64,000 bases of DNA, from NCBI RefSeq assembly GCF_964213995.1, contig NC_135830.1, forward strand, positions 14,322,001 through 14,386,000. Reading direction: 5' to 3'. Source of the DNA: Mustelus asterias. Its lineage: Eukaryota. The position numbers and the translations under genes are program-made. Positions within the stretch are counted from its first letter, which is position 1; each line of letters opens with the position of its first letter. The notes below the pieces were generated by a model. The model saw only the letters and a list, made by a program, of their open reading frames with translations, was not told the DNA's origin and searched no databases. Positions 26,755 to 38,043 of the stretch are shown here, piece by piece.

Positions 26755-26900
26755 GGAGTCACTCATCTGAAGAAGGGGCTTGCAGCTCCGAAAGCTTGTG
26801 TGGCTTTTGCTACCAAATAAACCTGTTGGACTTTAACCTGGTGTTGTTAAACTTCTTACTGTGTTTACCCCAGTCCAACGCCGGCATCTCCACATCATGA
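26755..26900 (+). mobile_element. Penelope-like element terminal repeat fragment with a hammerhead-like core
   Basis: CTGAAGAAGGGGCTTGCAGCTCCGAAAGCTT...AATAAACCTGTTGGACTTTAACCTGG, recognised as a common shark repeat end. Confidence 0.55.
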
Positions 26901-27332
26901 CGGGTGTATCTAGGCAGACATCAGTGAGTTAGGCCGAATTGCCTGTTCCTCTTCTGCAGTTTCTATACAATGTAAAACTTAGAGAAAATTCCGCCCAGAG
27001 AGAGCAGAAGAGAATCAGTTAAAGAGCAAAAAAAGAATTGAAATTGTCAGAGAGCCAGAAGAGGCAGTTCCCAGTGAGTAACTGTAAAACCACTGCAGGA
27101 ACTGAACAGAATAAACCCAACTGACAACTGAGAGACTTTGGGAGAACTTTCCACAATTGCAACGAACCCAAACAGCGCAAAATAAATGTTGAAACAAAAT
27201 AAAACTGACTGTAAATATTTCCAAGTAAAGAGAAAAGGAGAAAAGATGTTCCTGATAGTTAGATAGCAGAAGAAAACCAAATAGATGAATAAACAGAGAT
27301 TCCCGGGAAGTGTTAAACAGATATAAAGGAAA

Positions 27333-27675
27333 GGGCGGCACGGTAGCACAGTGGTTAGCACTGCTGCTTCACAGCTCCAGGGTCCCGGGTTCGATTCCCG
27401 GCTCGGGTCACTGTCTGTGTGGAGTTTGCACATTCTCCTCGTGTCTGTGTGGGTTTCCTCCGGGTGCTCCGGTTTCCTCCCACAGTCCAAAGATGTGCGG
27501 GTTAGGTTGATTGGCCAGGTTAAAAAATTGCCCCTTAGAGTCCTGGGATGTGTAGATTAGAGGGATTAGTGGGTAAAATATGTGGGGGTAGGGCCTGGGT
27601 GGGATTGTGGTCGGTGCAGACTCGATGGGCCGAATGGCCTCCTTCTGCACTGTAGGGTTTCTATGATTTCTATGA
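27333..27675 (+). mobile_element. HE1-type tRNA-derived SINE
   Basis: A/B boxes (GGTAGCACAGTGG; GGTTCGATTCC), V-SINE core GGAGTTTGCACATTCTCC...GGGTTTCCTCCGGGTGCTCCGG and a (TTTCTATGA)n tail. Confidence 0.9.
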
Positions 27676-28270
27676 CATTTGAGCACCGATGTTCAACATC
27701 ATTCCATCCCCATTGGAGCTGATGAATCACAGTCATTCCCTGTTGGATCTTGCTGTGCGCTTCGACGTAGCGCAGCTGGGTTAGTCACTTGGAACGGATT
27801 ACCTCACTGATAATAAAATGTTCCCTCGTGTCTGTCTCTTAGGAAGGGAAATAGAAAGTGAAATGTAACATACATCATTGAATCCTGGAGAGCGAAAGGG
27901 TGACATTCGGCCCCTCGAGTAGATGCAGCCCTTTATAAGTGAAATCCAGTTCTTCCCCTCAGTCATGAATTTTCCCCATAACCCTGTTTTATTCCTGTTC
28001 CGGCGCTTGACTATTCCCGTGTGTTTGTCACTGTTGATTCAGCTCCCACCATCATTCTGACATTGCATTCCAGACCGTTGGACCTTGTTGTGTAAAGAAA
28101 ACCTCATTTTCCACTGGTTTACAATAATAATAACAGTGAATACAGTTCCATCAGATTTAAAGTGATAATAACACCGAATAAAACTGAGCTACTCCCGCAA
28201 TTGACACATTCCCCTGGTAAACAATGACTGAAACACAGAAGAAAACGCTGTTTCTTTTTTTATCCTCCAG

Positions 28271-28576
28271 ATTCTAGTTCCCTGGTGTCGAAAAATCCGC
28301 CTCTCCAAACCTCTGCTGCTGGTGACACGGTTGCTTTAAGCTGTGAATATTCAGGGTTCTGTCAGTACACAGTACACTGGTACAGTCAGTCCGCAGGGCA
28401 GGCTCTGAAATACCTGCTTCAGACACACACTTCAGGAGAGGAGAATAAAGAAAATGCTGCCGGGGGGAGAATTTCTGCTTCTATCGATTCTGCCGAGAAA
28501 ATCAGCTGGTTAAAGATCTCCAAACTGGAACTGAGCGATTCCGCTGTGTATTACTGTGCACTGAGTCGGAGCACAG
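28271..28576 (+). CDS. Leaderless supporting TCR-delta V of the NAR-TCR cassette
   Basis: Acceptor at 28270 is in phase with the NAR J donor. DSSSLVSKNPPLQTSAAGDTVALSCEYSGFCQYTVHWYSQ...DSAVYYCALSRS has an extra CDR1 Cys. No leader exon found between J and this V. Confidence 0.92.
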
Positions 28577-28737
28577 CACAGTGATACAGAACATGGAGAG
28601 AGCTGTACAAAAACCTGGACATGGTGCGTATTACAGACACAGTGATACAGAACACAGAAAGAGCTGTACAAAAAAATGAACATGGTGAAAATCACAGACA
28701 TAGTGATACAGAACACAGAGAGAGCTGTACAAAAACC
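28577..28737 (+). repeat. Three tandem 61-bp copies of a 23-RSS
   Basis: CACAGTG-23-ACAAAAACC (28577-28615), CACAGTG-23-ACAAAAAAA (28638-28676) and CATAGTG-23-ACAAAAACC (28699-28737). Confidence 0.95.
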
Positions 28738-28749
28738 TTAAAATGGTGA

Positions 28750-29660
28750 GGTCTGCAGTGAGTAAATTGTTAGAAGGTATTCTGAGAGACAGGATCTACA
28801 GGCATTTAGAGAGCACGGACTAATAAGGGACAGTTACCATGGCTTTGTGAGTGGAAAATCATATCTCACGAAATTGATTGAATTTTTTGAAGGAGTAACC
28901 AAGATGGTAGATGAGGACAATGCAGTGGATGTTGTCTACATGGACTTTAACATGGGGCGGCACGGTAGCACAGTGGTTAGCACTGCTGCTTCACAGCTCC
29001 AGGGCCTGGGTTCGATTCCCGGCTCGGGTCACTGTCTGTGTGGAGTTTGCACATTCTTCCTGTGTCTGCGTGGGTTTCCTCCGGGCGCTCCGGTTTCCTC
29101 CCACAGTCCAAAGATGTGCGGGTTAGGTTAATTGGCCATGCTAAATTGCCCCTTAGTGTCCCGGGATGCGTAGATTAGCGGGTAAATATGTGGGGATATG
29201 GGGATAGGGCCTGGGTGGGATTGTGTTCGGTGCAGACTCGAGGGGCCGAATGGCCTCTTTCTGCACTGTAGGGTTTCTATGATTTCTATGGTACCACATG
29301 GTGCATTGCTGCATAAGGTTCAATCTCACGGGATCCACGGCGAAGTAGCCAATTGGATGCAAAATTGGCTTGATGAGAGAAGACAGGGGGTGGTTGGAAA
29401 GGGTTGTTTTTCAAACTGCAAAATGGTCCAGAGTGCATTTTTCTCACTCAGAGGCTGGTGAGTGTCTGGAAAGATCAGCCAGAGGTAGTAGTGGAGGCGG
29501 GGACAATTTTTACTTTTAAAAAGCATTTAGATACTTCCATGGGTAAGATGCGTATAGAGGGATATGGGCCAAATGCGGGCAATTGGGACTAGCTTAGTGG
29601 TAAAACCTGGATGGCATGGACAAGACGGGCCGAAGGGCCTTTTTTCAACGCTGTAAAGCT
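28750..29660 (+). mobile_element. CR1 LINE RT/3' fragments interrupted by an HE1 SINE (28955-29290)
   Basis: [32 protein letters not shown] and VPHGALLHKV are CR1 RT motifs. Confidence 0.85.
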
Positions 29661-29959
29661 CCATGACTCGAGAGCATTAACACTCCAGTACCGCAGGAGG
29701 AAACTGTTACACTGGTACCGACTCATCCTGAATCATGCTGGAACCAGCGTCTTGGCAAATCACACAGCTAGGGCTGCAGATATGGCATTTAACTGAATAA
29801 TGGGGCAGGGGGGAGACAAGGACCTGTTGCATGAAAAATCTTTAAAAATCGAAGATGAAGGAGAAGGTTGGACTGCAGGTGAGCGAACATGAAGGCACAG
29901 AACATGTGAACATCATATTGCACCAAAATCGTGCAAGAATGGGGAAATTTGAAAACAGA

Positions 29960-32835
29960 ACAAACTTCAGGGCTTTGTATCTTTGAATGCGTGAAACATT
30001 CTGAATAAAATTAATGAGTTAACAGCACAATGAGAGACAAATGGACATGACTTAGTAGCGATTCCTGAGGCGTGGTTGCAATGAAAACCAGATTTTGGAA
30101 TTGAAGATCCAAGGGCGCTCAATACTTCAGACGGATAGACAGAAAGGAAAATGAGATGGTGGAATAATGTATATGTCCCCAAACAGTCGGTCTGTAGTTG
30201 GGCACAGGAGAAATAAGGAGATTTTGGGGGCTTGTGAGAAAGGTGTTGCAATAATTATGGATTATTTTAATATGCATATACATTGGATTTAACAAATTGG
30301 CAAGGCAAGCCCCGAGGGAGAGTTCACTGAATGCATTAGGGATTGTTTGCTGCAACAATATGTTGTGGAACCAATTAGGGAGCATTCCAATCGTGGATTT
30401 CCACCCACTGTGGTGGACAGGGCTCTTAGCCATGTCCGACTCATCTCCAGGGCTACTGCTCTCAGCCTCTCTCCTCCCTCCCAAGACCAGGATATTGTCC
30501 CCTTTGCCTTCGCTTTTCAGCTCATCAACGTCCTCATTAAAAGAATTATCATCTGCCATGTTTGCCAACTCCAGCATGACGCCACCATTCAAGCTATCTT
30601 CCCTTCACTCTCCCTGTCAGTACTCCACAGGCACCGCTGCCTCCATGACACCCGTGTCCACTTCTTCATCACACCTAACAACTCACCTATCGCCAATGGC
30701 AATCGTAGAAGGTGCTGCACCTGCCCCTTCACTGCTACCTCCTCGGCATCCCAGGGCCCAAACATTCTTTTCAGGTGAAGCAACGCTTCATGTGCACTTC
30801 CTTTAATCTGGTCTATGGCATTCGCTGCTCCCGATGCGATCTCATCTACATTGGAGAGTCAAATGCAGACTGGTTGAACGCTTTGCAGAATACCTATGGT
30901 CAATCTGCATGCAAGACCCAGACATTTCTGTCGCTTATCGTTTGAACACACCACCCTGGTTGCCTCTCCACAGGTCATTTCTTTGTTTTGCAAAATTCCA
31001 GTGAAGCCCAACGTAAACTGGGCGAACAGCATCGCATTTTCAGATGAGGCACTTTACAGACTTCTGGACTGAGCATTGTATTCCACAAATTCAGGGCATG
31101 ACCTTTCGCCTCCACCTCCACTCCCTTTCCATTTATTTTATCTAATTTCTTCTTTTCATCATATTCGTCCATTTTTATAACTTTATTTTCTTATTTTTAG
31201 TTTTCAACTTCTAAAATCTCGTTTTCAATCCTGCTTCATCTCTCCCCCAAACCCATCCTCCCCATCCCAATGGGGACAACAGTTACATTCATATACTCTG
31301 CAATCTCTGTTTTGCCATTTATCCATCGCAATCTCTTAATGGACACTCTCAGCACCATTCTCAGCCTTTATCATCACATTTACATTCATTTTGTTGTTCT
31401 CTCTATGCCATTCGTTTCAACTACATACCGCCCCCCCCCCACCCCCCCCCCCCCCCCCCCCCCACCACCACCAGAAAACAAACCCATCCTCCCAGTACAA
31501 ATCTTGTCTAGATTTCCTTGTCTTCAACTCTGAGGAAGGGTCATCCTGACTCTAAATGTTGGCTCGATTCTCTCTCTACATATGCTATCAGACCTGCTGA
31601 GAGTTTTCAGCATTTTCTGTTTTTCTTTCAGATTCCTGCATTTGCAGTACTTTGCTATTATTATAGGGAGCAAACTGTTCTGGATTTGGTATTGTGTAAT
31701 GAGCAGGGATTAATTGATGACCTCATAGTTAAGCATCCTCGAGGGAAGAGTGATCTTAGCATGATATAATTCCAAATTCAGTTTGAGGACGAGAAACTCA
31801 AGTCCCACACTAGACTTCTCGTGTTAAGCACAGGGAATTACGTAGGCATAAGGACAGAATTGGCCCGAGTGGACTGGGCAAGCAGACTGAAAGGTAAGAC
31901 AGTTGATGATCAGTGGCAAATGCTGAAGGAGGCAAACAATTCCTCCCAGCTAAAATACATTGGTGAGACGAAGAAAGATTGTAAGAGGGGAAGAAACATC
32001 CATGGCTAAGCAAGGAAGTTAAAGACAGCATAAAGAGAATATCTAATGCATACCATATTGCAAGGGCAAGTGGCAGACTGGAAGATTGAGAAACTTTTAA
32101 AGATCAACAAATGGTTACTAAAAAGTAAGAAAAAGATCAATGTTAAATTGTGAAAGAAAACTCGCACGGCGTTAAAGAAAACGTGCAGCAAAGGCATCTG
32201 TAAGAATCTAAAAGTGAGGAGTGGAGCTAAGGTGATTGCTGGACACTTGGAGTATTCCACTGGGGAGTTAACAGTGGGGAGAACAGAAAAGGTGGAAACG
32301 CTTCATCGATATTTTGCCTCAGTTTTCACGCTGGACAACACGAGTACCATCACAATAGTAACAGATAATGCAGAGGTAATAGAAAGGAAGGGATTTCGAA
32401 CAATTATGATCAATAGGGAAAAAATGTTGATCGAACAATTGAGATTGAAGGTAGTCAAGTTCCCAGAGCCAGATGGCTAATATCTTATTGTCTTAAAGGA
32501 ACCGGTAGTGGGGATAGTGGGTACATTGGTTATAATAATCCAAAATGTCTTGGATGCTTGAAATGTTCCAGTGGTTTGGAATAAATGATAATATAATGCC
32601 CATATTCAAAAAGAGAGGGAGGCAGAAGGTGTTAAACAAGACACCAACTAGTTTGACATCTGTCTTTGGAAAATTGTTAGAATCCGTTATTAAGATTGTA
32701 GTAACGGGACATTTAGAATGCCACAAGGCAATTCATTAGAGTCAGCATTGTTTTACGAAGGGCAAATAATTTTGACTAATTTGCATGGAATTCTTCGAAG
32801 ATGCAACAAATAAAGTGGACAATGGGGATCCTGTA
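29960..32835 (+). mobile_element. Degenerate CR1 LINE ORF2 (endonuclease to RT), host of the Penelope and ERV insertions
   Basis: Remnants of LNA, LDLVLCNE, ELARVDW and PTSLTSVFGKLLE. The sequence GGGGATCCTGTA|GATGTGG resumes after the ERV at 43437. Confidence 0.8.
30385..31663 (+). mobile_element. 5'-truncated Penelope-like element (GIY-YIG domain)
   Basis: RGFPPTVVDRAL and LVYGIRCSRCDLIYIGE motifs; 9-bp TSD TAGGGAGCA (30376-30384 and 31664-31672). Confidence 0.85.
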
Positions 32836-33543
32836 TGAAGACGGGAATGGGTTAATGAACTTGTAACACTTAAACATTGAGACACGAGCTCTGTGATTTT
32901 GTGATAAACACTGTAGAGCTTATGTTTACGTTAGGGCTCAGTGTTTTCATGTCTGTGGAATTTGTTTTCATGTATCCAAACCAGATAAGAGAGACAGCTG
33001 TCCTTGCTGTTCCCAGCTAATTGCGTATCAGGAATGTGGCTAAGCAGAATTAGCTAAGCAGACTCCATTTTATGTTCCTTTCTATTATGTACCTTTGTTT
33101 AACACGGTGGAGCTGACATGTATACCTTCTGTCATTGTATCACAATAGATTCATATATATTCATTATATATGCTGTTCATCTGCACTATTTATACTGATA
33201 TAAAGTGCTACGTAGGCACCTGTATCTTAGTTAACCTGTTTATGCAAACTTATAATGTTGTGTGATGGATAAACAACGCACAGGTGGCGACAAAACAGAC
33301 ATTCGCAGCCTTGAGGATGGCCACGGTTACACGGAAAAGACGGAACTTGCCGAGACAGCAATAATCGTGGGAAGATGAGGACGTGACCAGGGGCGAAAAT
33401 ATATGTATAAATGTTTGCTCTTGACCTGAATTCAGTAAGAAGTCTGAGACCGTGTTAGGGAGGACCTCTTCCACAATTGTGCAAATAAACCAATGTACTT
33501 TGACTCTAAAACTAGTCTCAGAGATATTATTTTACCTACAACA
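32836..33543 (+). repeat. ERV 5' LTR
   Basis: TGAAGACGGG...TACAACA; colinear with 42730-43436; TATAAA and AATAAA present. Confidence 0.95.
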
Positions 33544-33545
33544 AT

Positions 33546-33563
33546 TGGTGCCGAAACCCGGGA
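33546..33563 (+). promoter_or_regulatory. Primer-binding site, tRNA-Phe
   Basis: TGGTGCCGAAACCCGGGA is complementary to the 3' end of vertebrate tRNA-Phe(GAA) and lies 2 nt after the LTR. Confidence 0.9.
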
Positions 33564-34189
33564 TCTGATTACGGGTCCGGTCGAATGGCCACGACCGGGA
33601 CACCGGAATAGATTACCGAACTTAATACAGTGGGTCAAAGTACAGTGGGTGATCATCTGTGATGAGAGGTTGTCTGAACTAATGAAAGATGGCTGAACTG
33701 ATCACATATGGACAAGGAGGCAATTGACTCTAACACCCAGCCTTAGATTGAATGTTAAGAGGTGAAATCTCCCACGCTGAGAGCAGGATTTGAAATGGGT
33801 GTTAGGGTCTAGAAAAAGGTTGCCTGAGGTGTGACGTTCAGACGTGAGTGAGAAAGAAACTGTCTGAGTGATCGCCGAAGTTGAAGGAAAAGCCTTCATG
33901 TGAAAGCCGGCTTAATAAAAGTATAGTATAAGTGGTGGTACGGAGGGATCTGATCACCCCTGACAGGTATCACCGAACTCGGATAAGAGCAACCTAGGAG
34001 GGGGAGAGTGAGAAAGGAGAATAGAAGACTCCAGGTGGTGAGTATAAATTTATCGATGTTATGGCGGGACAAGGACAATGGGGGGCCCCGGGGTCCCTGA
34101 TAAACGAATATATGGCTAAGAGGGACAAAGTCATTAAACAGATGAACAAAGGGGGTGGGATTTAGACCACCGACTAGATCAACAACGAA

Positions 34190-35210
34190 AATGGTTGAAA
34201 AAGGAAAAGAAAGACAGAAAGACGGAATAATTGAATAGGTCGCAGTCTTGGGTAAGAAATGGGCTGATGACAAAGCGAAAAGAGAATTAGAAAATAGAAA
34301 CTAATGTTTAGAGGGCCCCGGCTGGGGATCCTTGCCTCCCTATGGGCCGGTCGTAGAACTCACGGCACCAGTGGGAGACCCCGATGAGGAAGAGGTCCAT
34401 GATCTCGGCCCATAACTCGGGGCGGGACATTACAGAGTCCCACTGCCCGATACAAACCCTTCACCCCAGGAGAAAGTCAACATGTTTTGGCATCTCTGGG
34501 AAGGCTCCATTTACATTTGCAGGATATACACCAGTTGATACGGGCCGCTTGCCCACAGGATAAGTGGAGACTGAGTTACGGAGCGGGTAACGCACCAACC
34601 AATTGGTCCAGAATTACCCATATTAAACGTTAAAGGGGTGAAGGAGCCTCCGAATTTGGGGAGCGACTCTTTCGAGTATACCATGAATGTTCGGGGATGC
34701 CCAAAACTGCCCGAACAGAGAGAGCCTTTTTAAAACATTTAAAGATGGGCGGTCGCCAGCTCACCAAAAAATCCTTAAAATGGGAGTTCTCAATACCCAG
34801 ACTTATGATGAATTAGTAGAATGGGCATCTGGAATTAGAGACGGACCAGATGAGAAACCATACCCACAAATAAAAGAGGAAAATGTTAGTGCAAACAGTG
34901 GAGGAGCTAAACCAAAGGATGCGTGCTATAACTGTGGGAAACCGGGTCACTTTGCCAGAGTCTGTGGGGTTCCAAAGGGAGGTAGAAGGAAGGACCCTGC
35001 CGGCCAGTTTTGCAATAAGTTGGGGGGGGGGGGGTGGGTGATGCAGAGGGGCAATAAGGGGCCCCCGCAAGTTAGTGTAGGAAGGAAGGTAGAATCTACG
35101 TGTCTGCACTGGTAGGGGAGCCTCCATATCTATCACTGACCTACCCTTACCCATAACGAATAAAATGATCTATGTGAAAGGAATTAACGGACAGAACACC
35201 CCTGCCTACT
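34190..35210 (+). pseudogene. gag: ERV gag/protease remnants
   Basis: Zinc knuckle CYNCGKPGHFARVC (~34924-34965) and protease-like GASISITDLPLPITNKMIYVKGING; multiple stops and deletions. Confidence 0.75.
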
Positions 35211-37639
35211 AAAGAGAAACAAAACAAAGAAGATAGGAGTATTCTTAATACATCAGTTAGCTGGACTAATTGAGCAAGATAAAGAAAAGATTAGAGAGTT
35301 AGAATCCAGAAGAAGGGAACAAGAGAAACAAAACCACGTATTAGAAGACAAGCAATGGAGAGGGGAAAGTGCTCCTCTACCTCCTAATGAGTCCATACAA
35401 CAGGGACCAACCGCTCCTCCAGAGGAGTAGGAAGTGCTAGAACACAACTTAGTGCCAATACCCCGAAGGGGAACAGATGCGCAGCCAAAAGCAAATTATA
35501 AACCCTTCACCCAGTTTAAAACAGAGACTCAGAGGGAATGCTCCCACTTACTGGAGCAGAATTACCACAACAAAACAGTTAAGAGGGGGGAAGAATGCAC
35601 GCAGAAGAGGGATCAATGTATGTGATAATGAGGGAAACCCTAAGACTTGGGAAATGTTGAAATGGGAATGTGAGAAGAATGAGAAGGACAAAAGAGATAG
35701 AGCAGAACAGGAAAGACTGCAAAGGAAAGATAAAAACCCGGAAGTATCTGGCTTGCCAATGTTGTTGCAAACTACCGATACAGATGAACAGGAGGGGGAT
35801 TGGTGGAATCGACCCAGTGTAGATAATTACCAGAAATCTAAGGTAGCCGTCATTGCCCCGATTATAATAACGCGCCAGTGCCGCTGCAAAGACAGAAGGG
35901 ACTCAAATCAGGTAAACTTGGTTCGCTTGAAGCATGATCGAACAAAGAGGGGAGTAAAGGGTCAAAAGGAAACAAGCTGTACGATTCTGTATGGTACAGA
36001 GTGAGACAGAGAGGATGTAATTGTGCAATCGAGAGCCTCATGTGATGGAATAGTGTATAGCAGATCAAAGTGAATTGCTTCTCTGTGTGCGAGTTTAATA
36101 AATTATTTTCGGGGAAGTGTTAAAACTGTGAGAGATTAAAGTGATAAGATTTCTTGAATTTACTTCTGTTTTGAATTTAATTACAGTTTGGAAGACAGAA
36201 GAATAAAAGCGAATGTTAATCAACGTTCTGTATTGTCAAGTGTTTTCCTTTCATCGCAGTTTAAGATGTTAAGTTTGAATGAATGTTGGAAGCTTCCATG
36301 TGTATCCATATTTAACAAAGTGGATGTTTTGTTGTTGTTTGCTTTAATGTTTTAATGTTAAGGAAGGAGTTAAACCTTGGAAGGACCATGTGCTCTTTCC
36401 TTTGACTTGAAGTTGAAATTATAAAAGAGTTAGTTGAGAGAAGAAAATAAGTAAATTTGTGGAGAAGTAGAAAAGCAGGAACAAAAGAATGAGGTGAATA
36501 TATTGTCTATGCGTCAGTTTAAAGTATATCAAGTTAGTGAAATGAATCGTAATTCTGATTACTCCAAGTTCCAGCGGGAGATTAATTGATTAAAACCTCA
36601 GTTGTCAATGCAGATAAAGATGTTGTCATTGAATATGTTTAATCTGCATTTGTTGCCAACCATTGAACACCATGATCTGTTGGAACTTGAGTTGCCAGTT
36701 AGTTCTAAATAACATTTGGACCAATATGAAATGCAAGGCTTGTATGATGTTGTTTCGTTAACATGCAACAAATTACATCATCTGACATTGACGATAGTTC
36801 TGGCTAGCCCATCCAGAGGAAAACCTGACTACAGTACTAACTTCTGGAGACCAATACCAATACAAATTGCCCAGTAAGAATACAGTATTAAGATCCACAG
36901 AATAAAGTGATTTACGAACGTCTGATAGTTTAGTATTCTGCAACTGGTTAAAATTATAAACTGCCTTTAGAATTTCATGTGCCTTCTATTATTCAAGGTT
37001 TCCCAAATATAAAAACACTGCAGAGCTTAAAGACTAGCCAGTTAAAAATCAAACCAAAACATTTCTAATCAATTAACTATTGTTATTGTTATATGTATTG
37101 TGCCTGTTATTTTTCTAAAAATGCAGGGATTTTAATCTGGAACTCAGTTTAAAAATAGACAAGACATAAATTAAAAGGGTTTGGATATCACAGTTATGAT
37201 ATATAAAGTGGCATGATATAACTGCCGCTCGATTATTATACAGTATAAGCACTGCCATGTAGACCCGAGAATAAAATCAAATCCTGAAAGGCCTTAACCA
37301 GTTTTATGGTATATATTGTGTATTGATAAAACATAATTCTGTAGGAGAAAAGGCGATTTATTCCAAGCTAAATGTTTGTGTTTTAGTGGTACTTTGTGAA
37401 GTACTATAATGCTTATGCGCAACGAAATTATCAAAATAAATCTAATGAAAGTATACATCACATAAAACTCAGAGCTGTATGGCATGTGATTTTAATGGAG
37501 AAAGCGATGTCTTTTGATAGGATTATATACAAATGAATGGATGTCCAGCTGCAGCCAGTGCAAAGTGTAATTTGATTCAAACTGAGCTTTCTATGGAAGG
37601 GGGACATGTAATTAAATGTATAATGCACGAGCTAAAGCC

Positions 37640-38043
37640 ATACAGACATTGGGAAAAATGTGGACAAATGTATTGCCCACCATACTAACCACAAACGGGA
37701 TAACCGGATTAACCCCTTATGAACTAATGACAGGACGGGTGATGCAATTACCAGAAAACATCGTAACAGGTGGGACTGATGTTGGTCCGCTCAAAGATAA
37801 AATCAGGAGATATGATTTGGAACTAAGCACCCAACTAAAAGGAATGTGCAAATTGGTAAAAGACAATCAGGAAATAAGAGACGCAGAGAGAGATCTTGAA
37901 ATGCTCCCTGACGTCCCAACAGTGCGACGTCCTAGTGAAAACATTACCTGACAAACCAGGGTTTGCACCAAAATGGAATGGGCGATATGAAGTTATAATT
38001 AGTGGAGTCACCTGTGCCTCATAGACATAAGAGGGAAAGGTAT
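37640..38043 (+). pseudogene. pol: ERV integrase C-terminal remnant
   Basis: WTNVLPTIL...TGLTPYELMTGR and GFAPKWNGRYEV (GPY/F-like). It resumes as WKH after the nested LINE at ~41090. Confidence 0.8.

Noticed and set aside
27346-27385. CACAGTG in HE1 SINE heads (also ~28968, ~60979, ~63145)
   Set aside because: Part of the tRNA-derived A box; no nonamer at 12 or 23 spacing.
27333-27410. tRNA-like sequence
   Set aside because: SINE head continuing into a V-SINE core, not a tRNA gene.
28572-28578. Overlapping heptamer-like CACAGCA before the supporting V RSS
   Set aside because: It would have a 28-bp spacer to the nonamer.
31430-31472. Poly-Pro ORF from a C-run
   Set aside because: Homopolymer tract within the Penelope 3' region.
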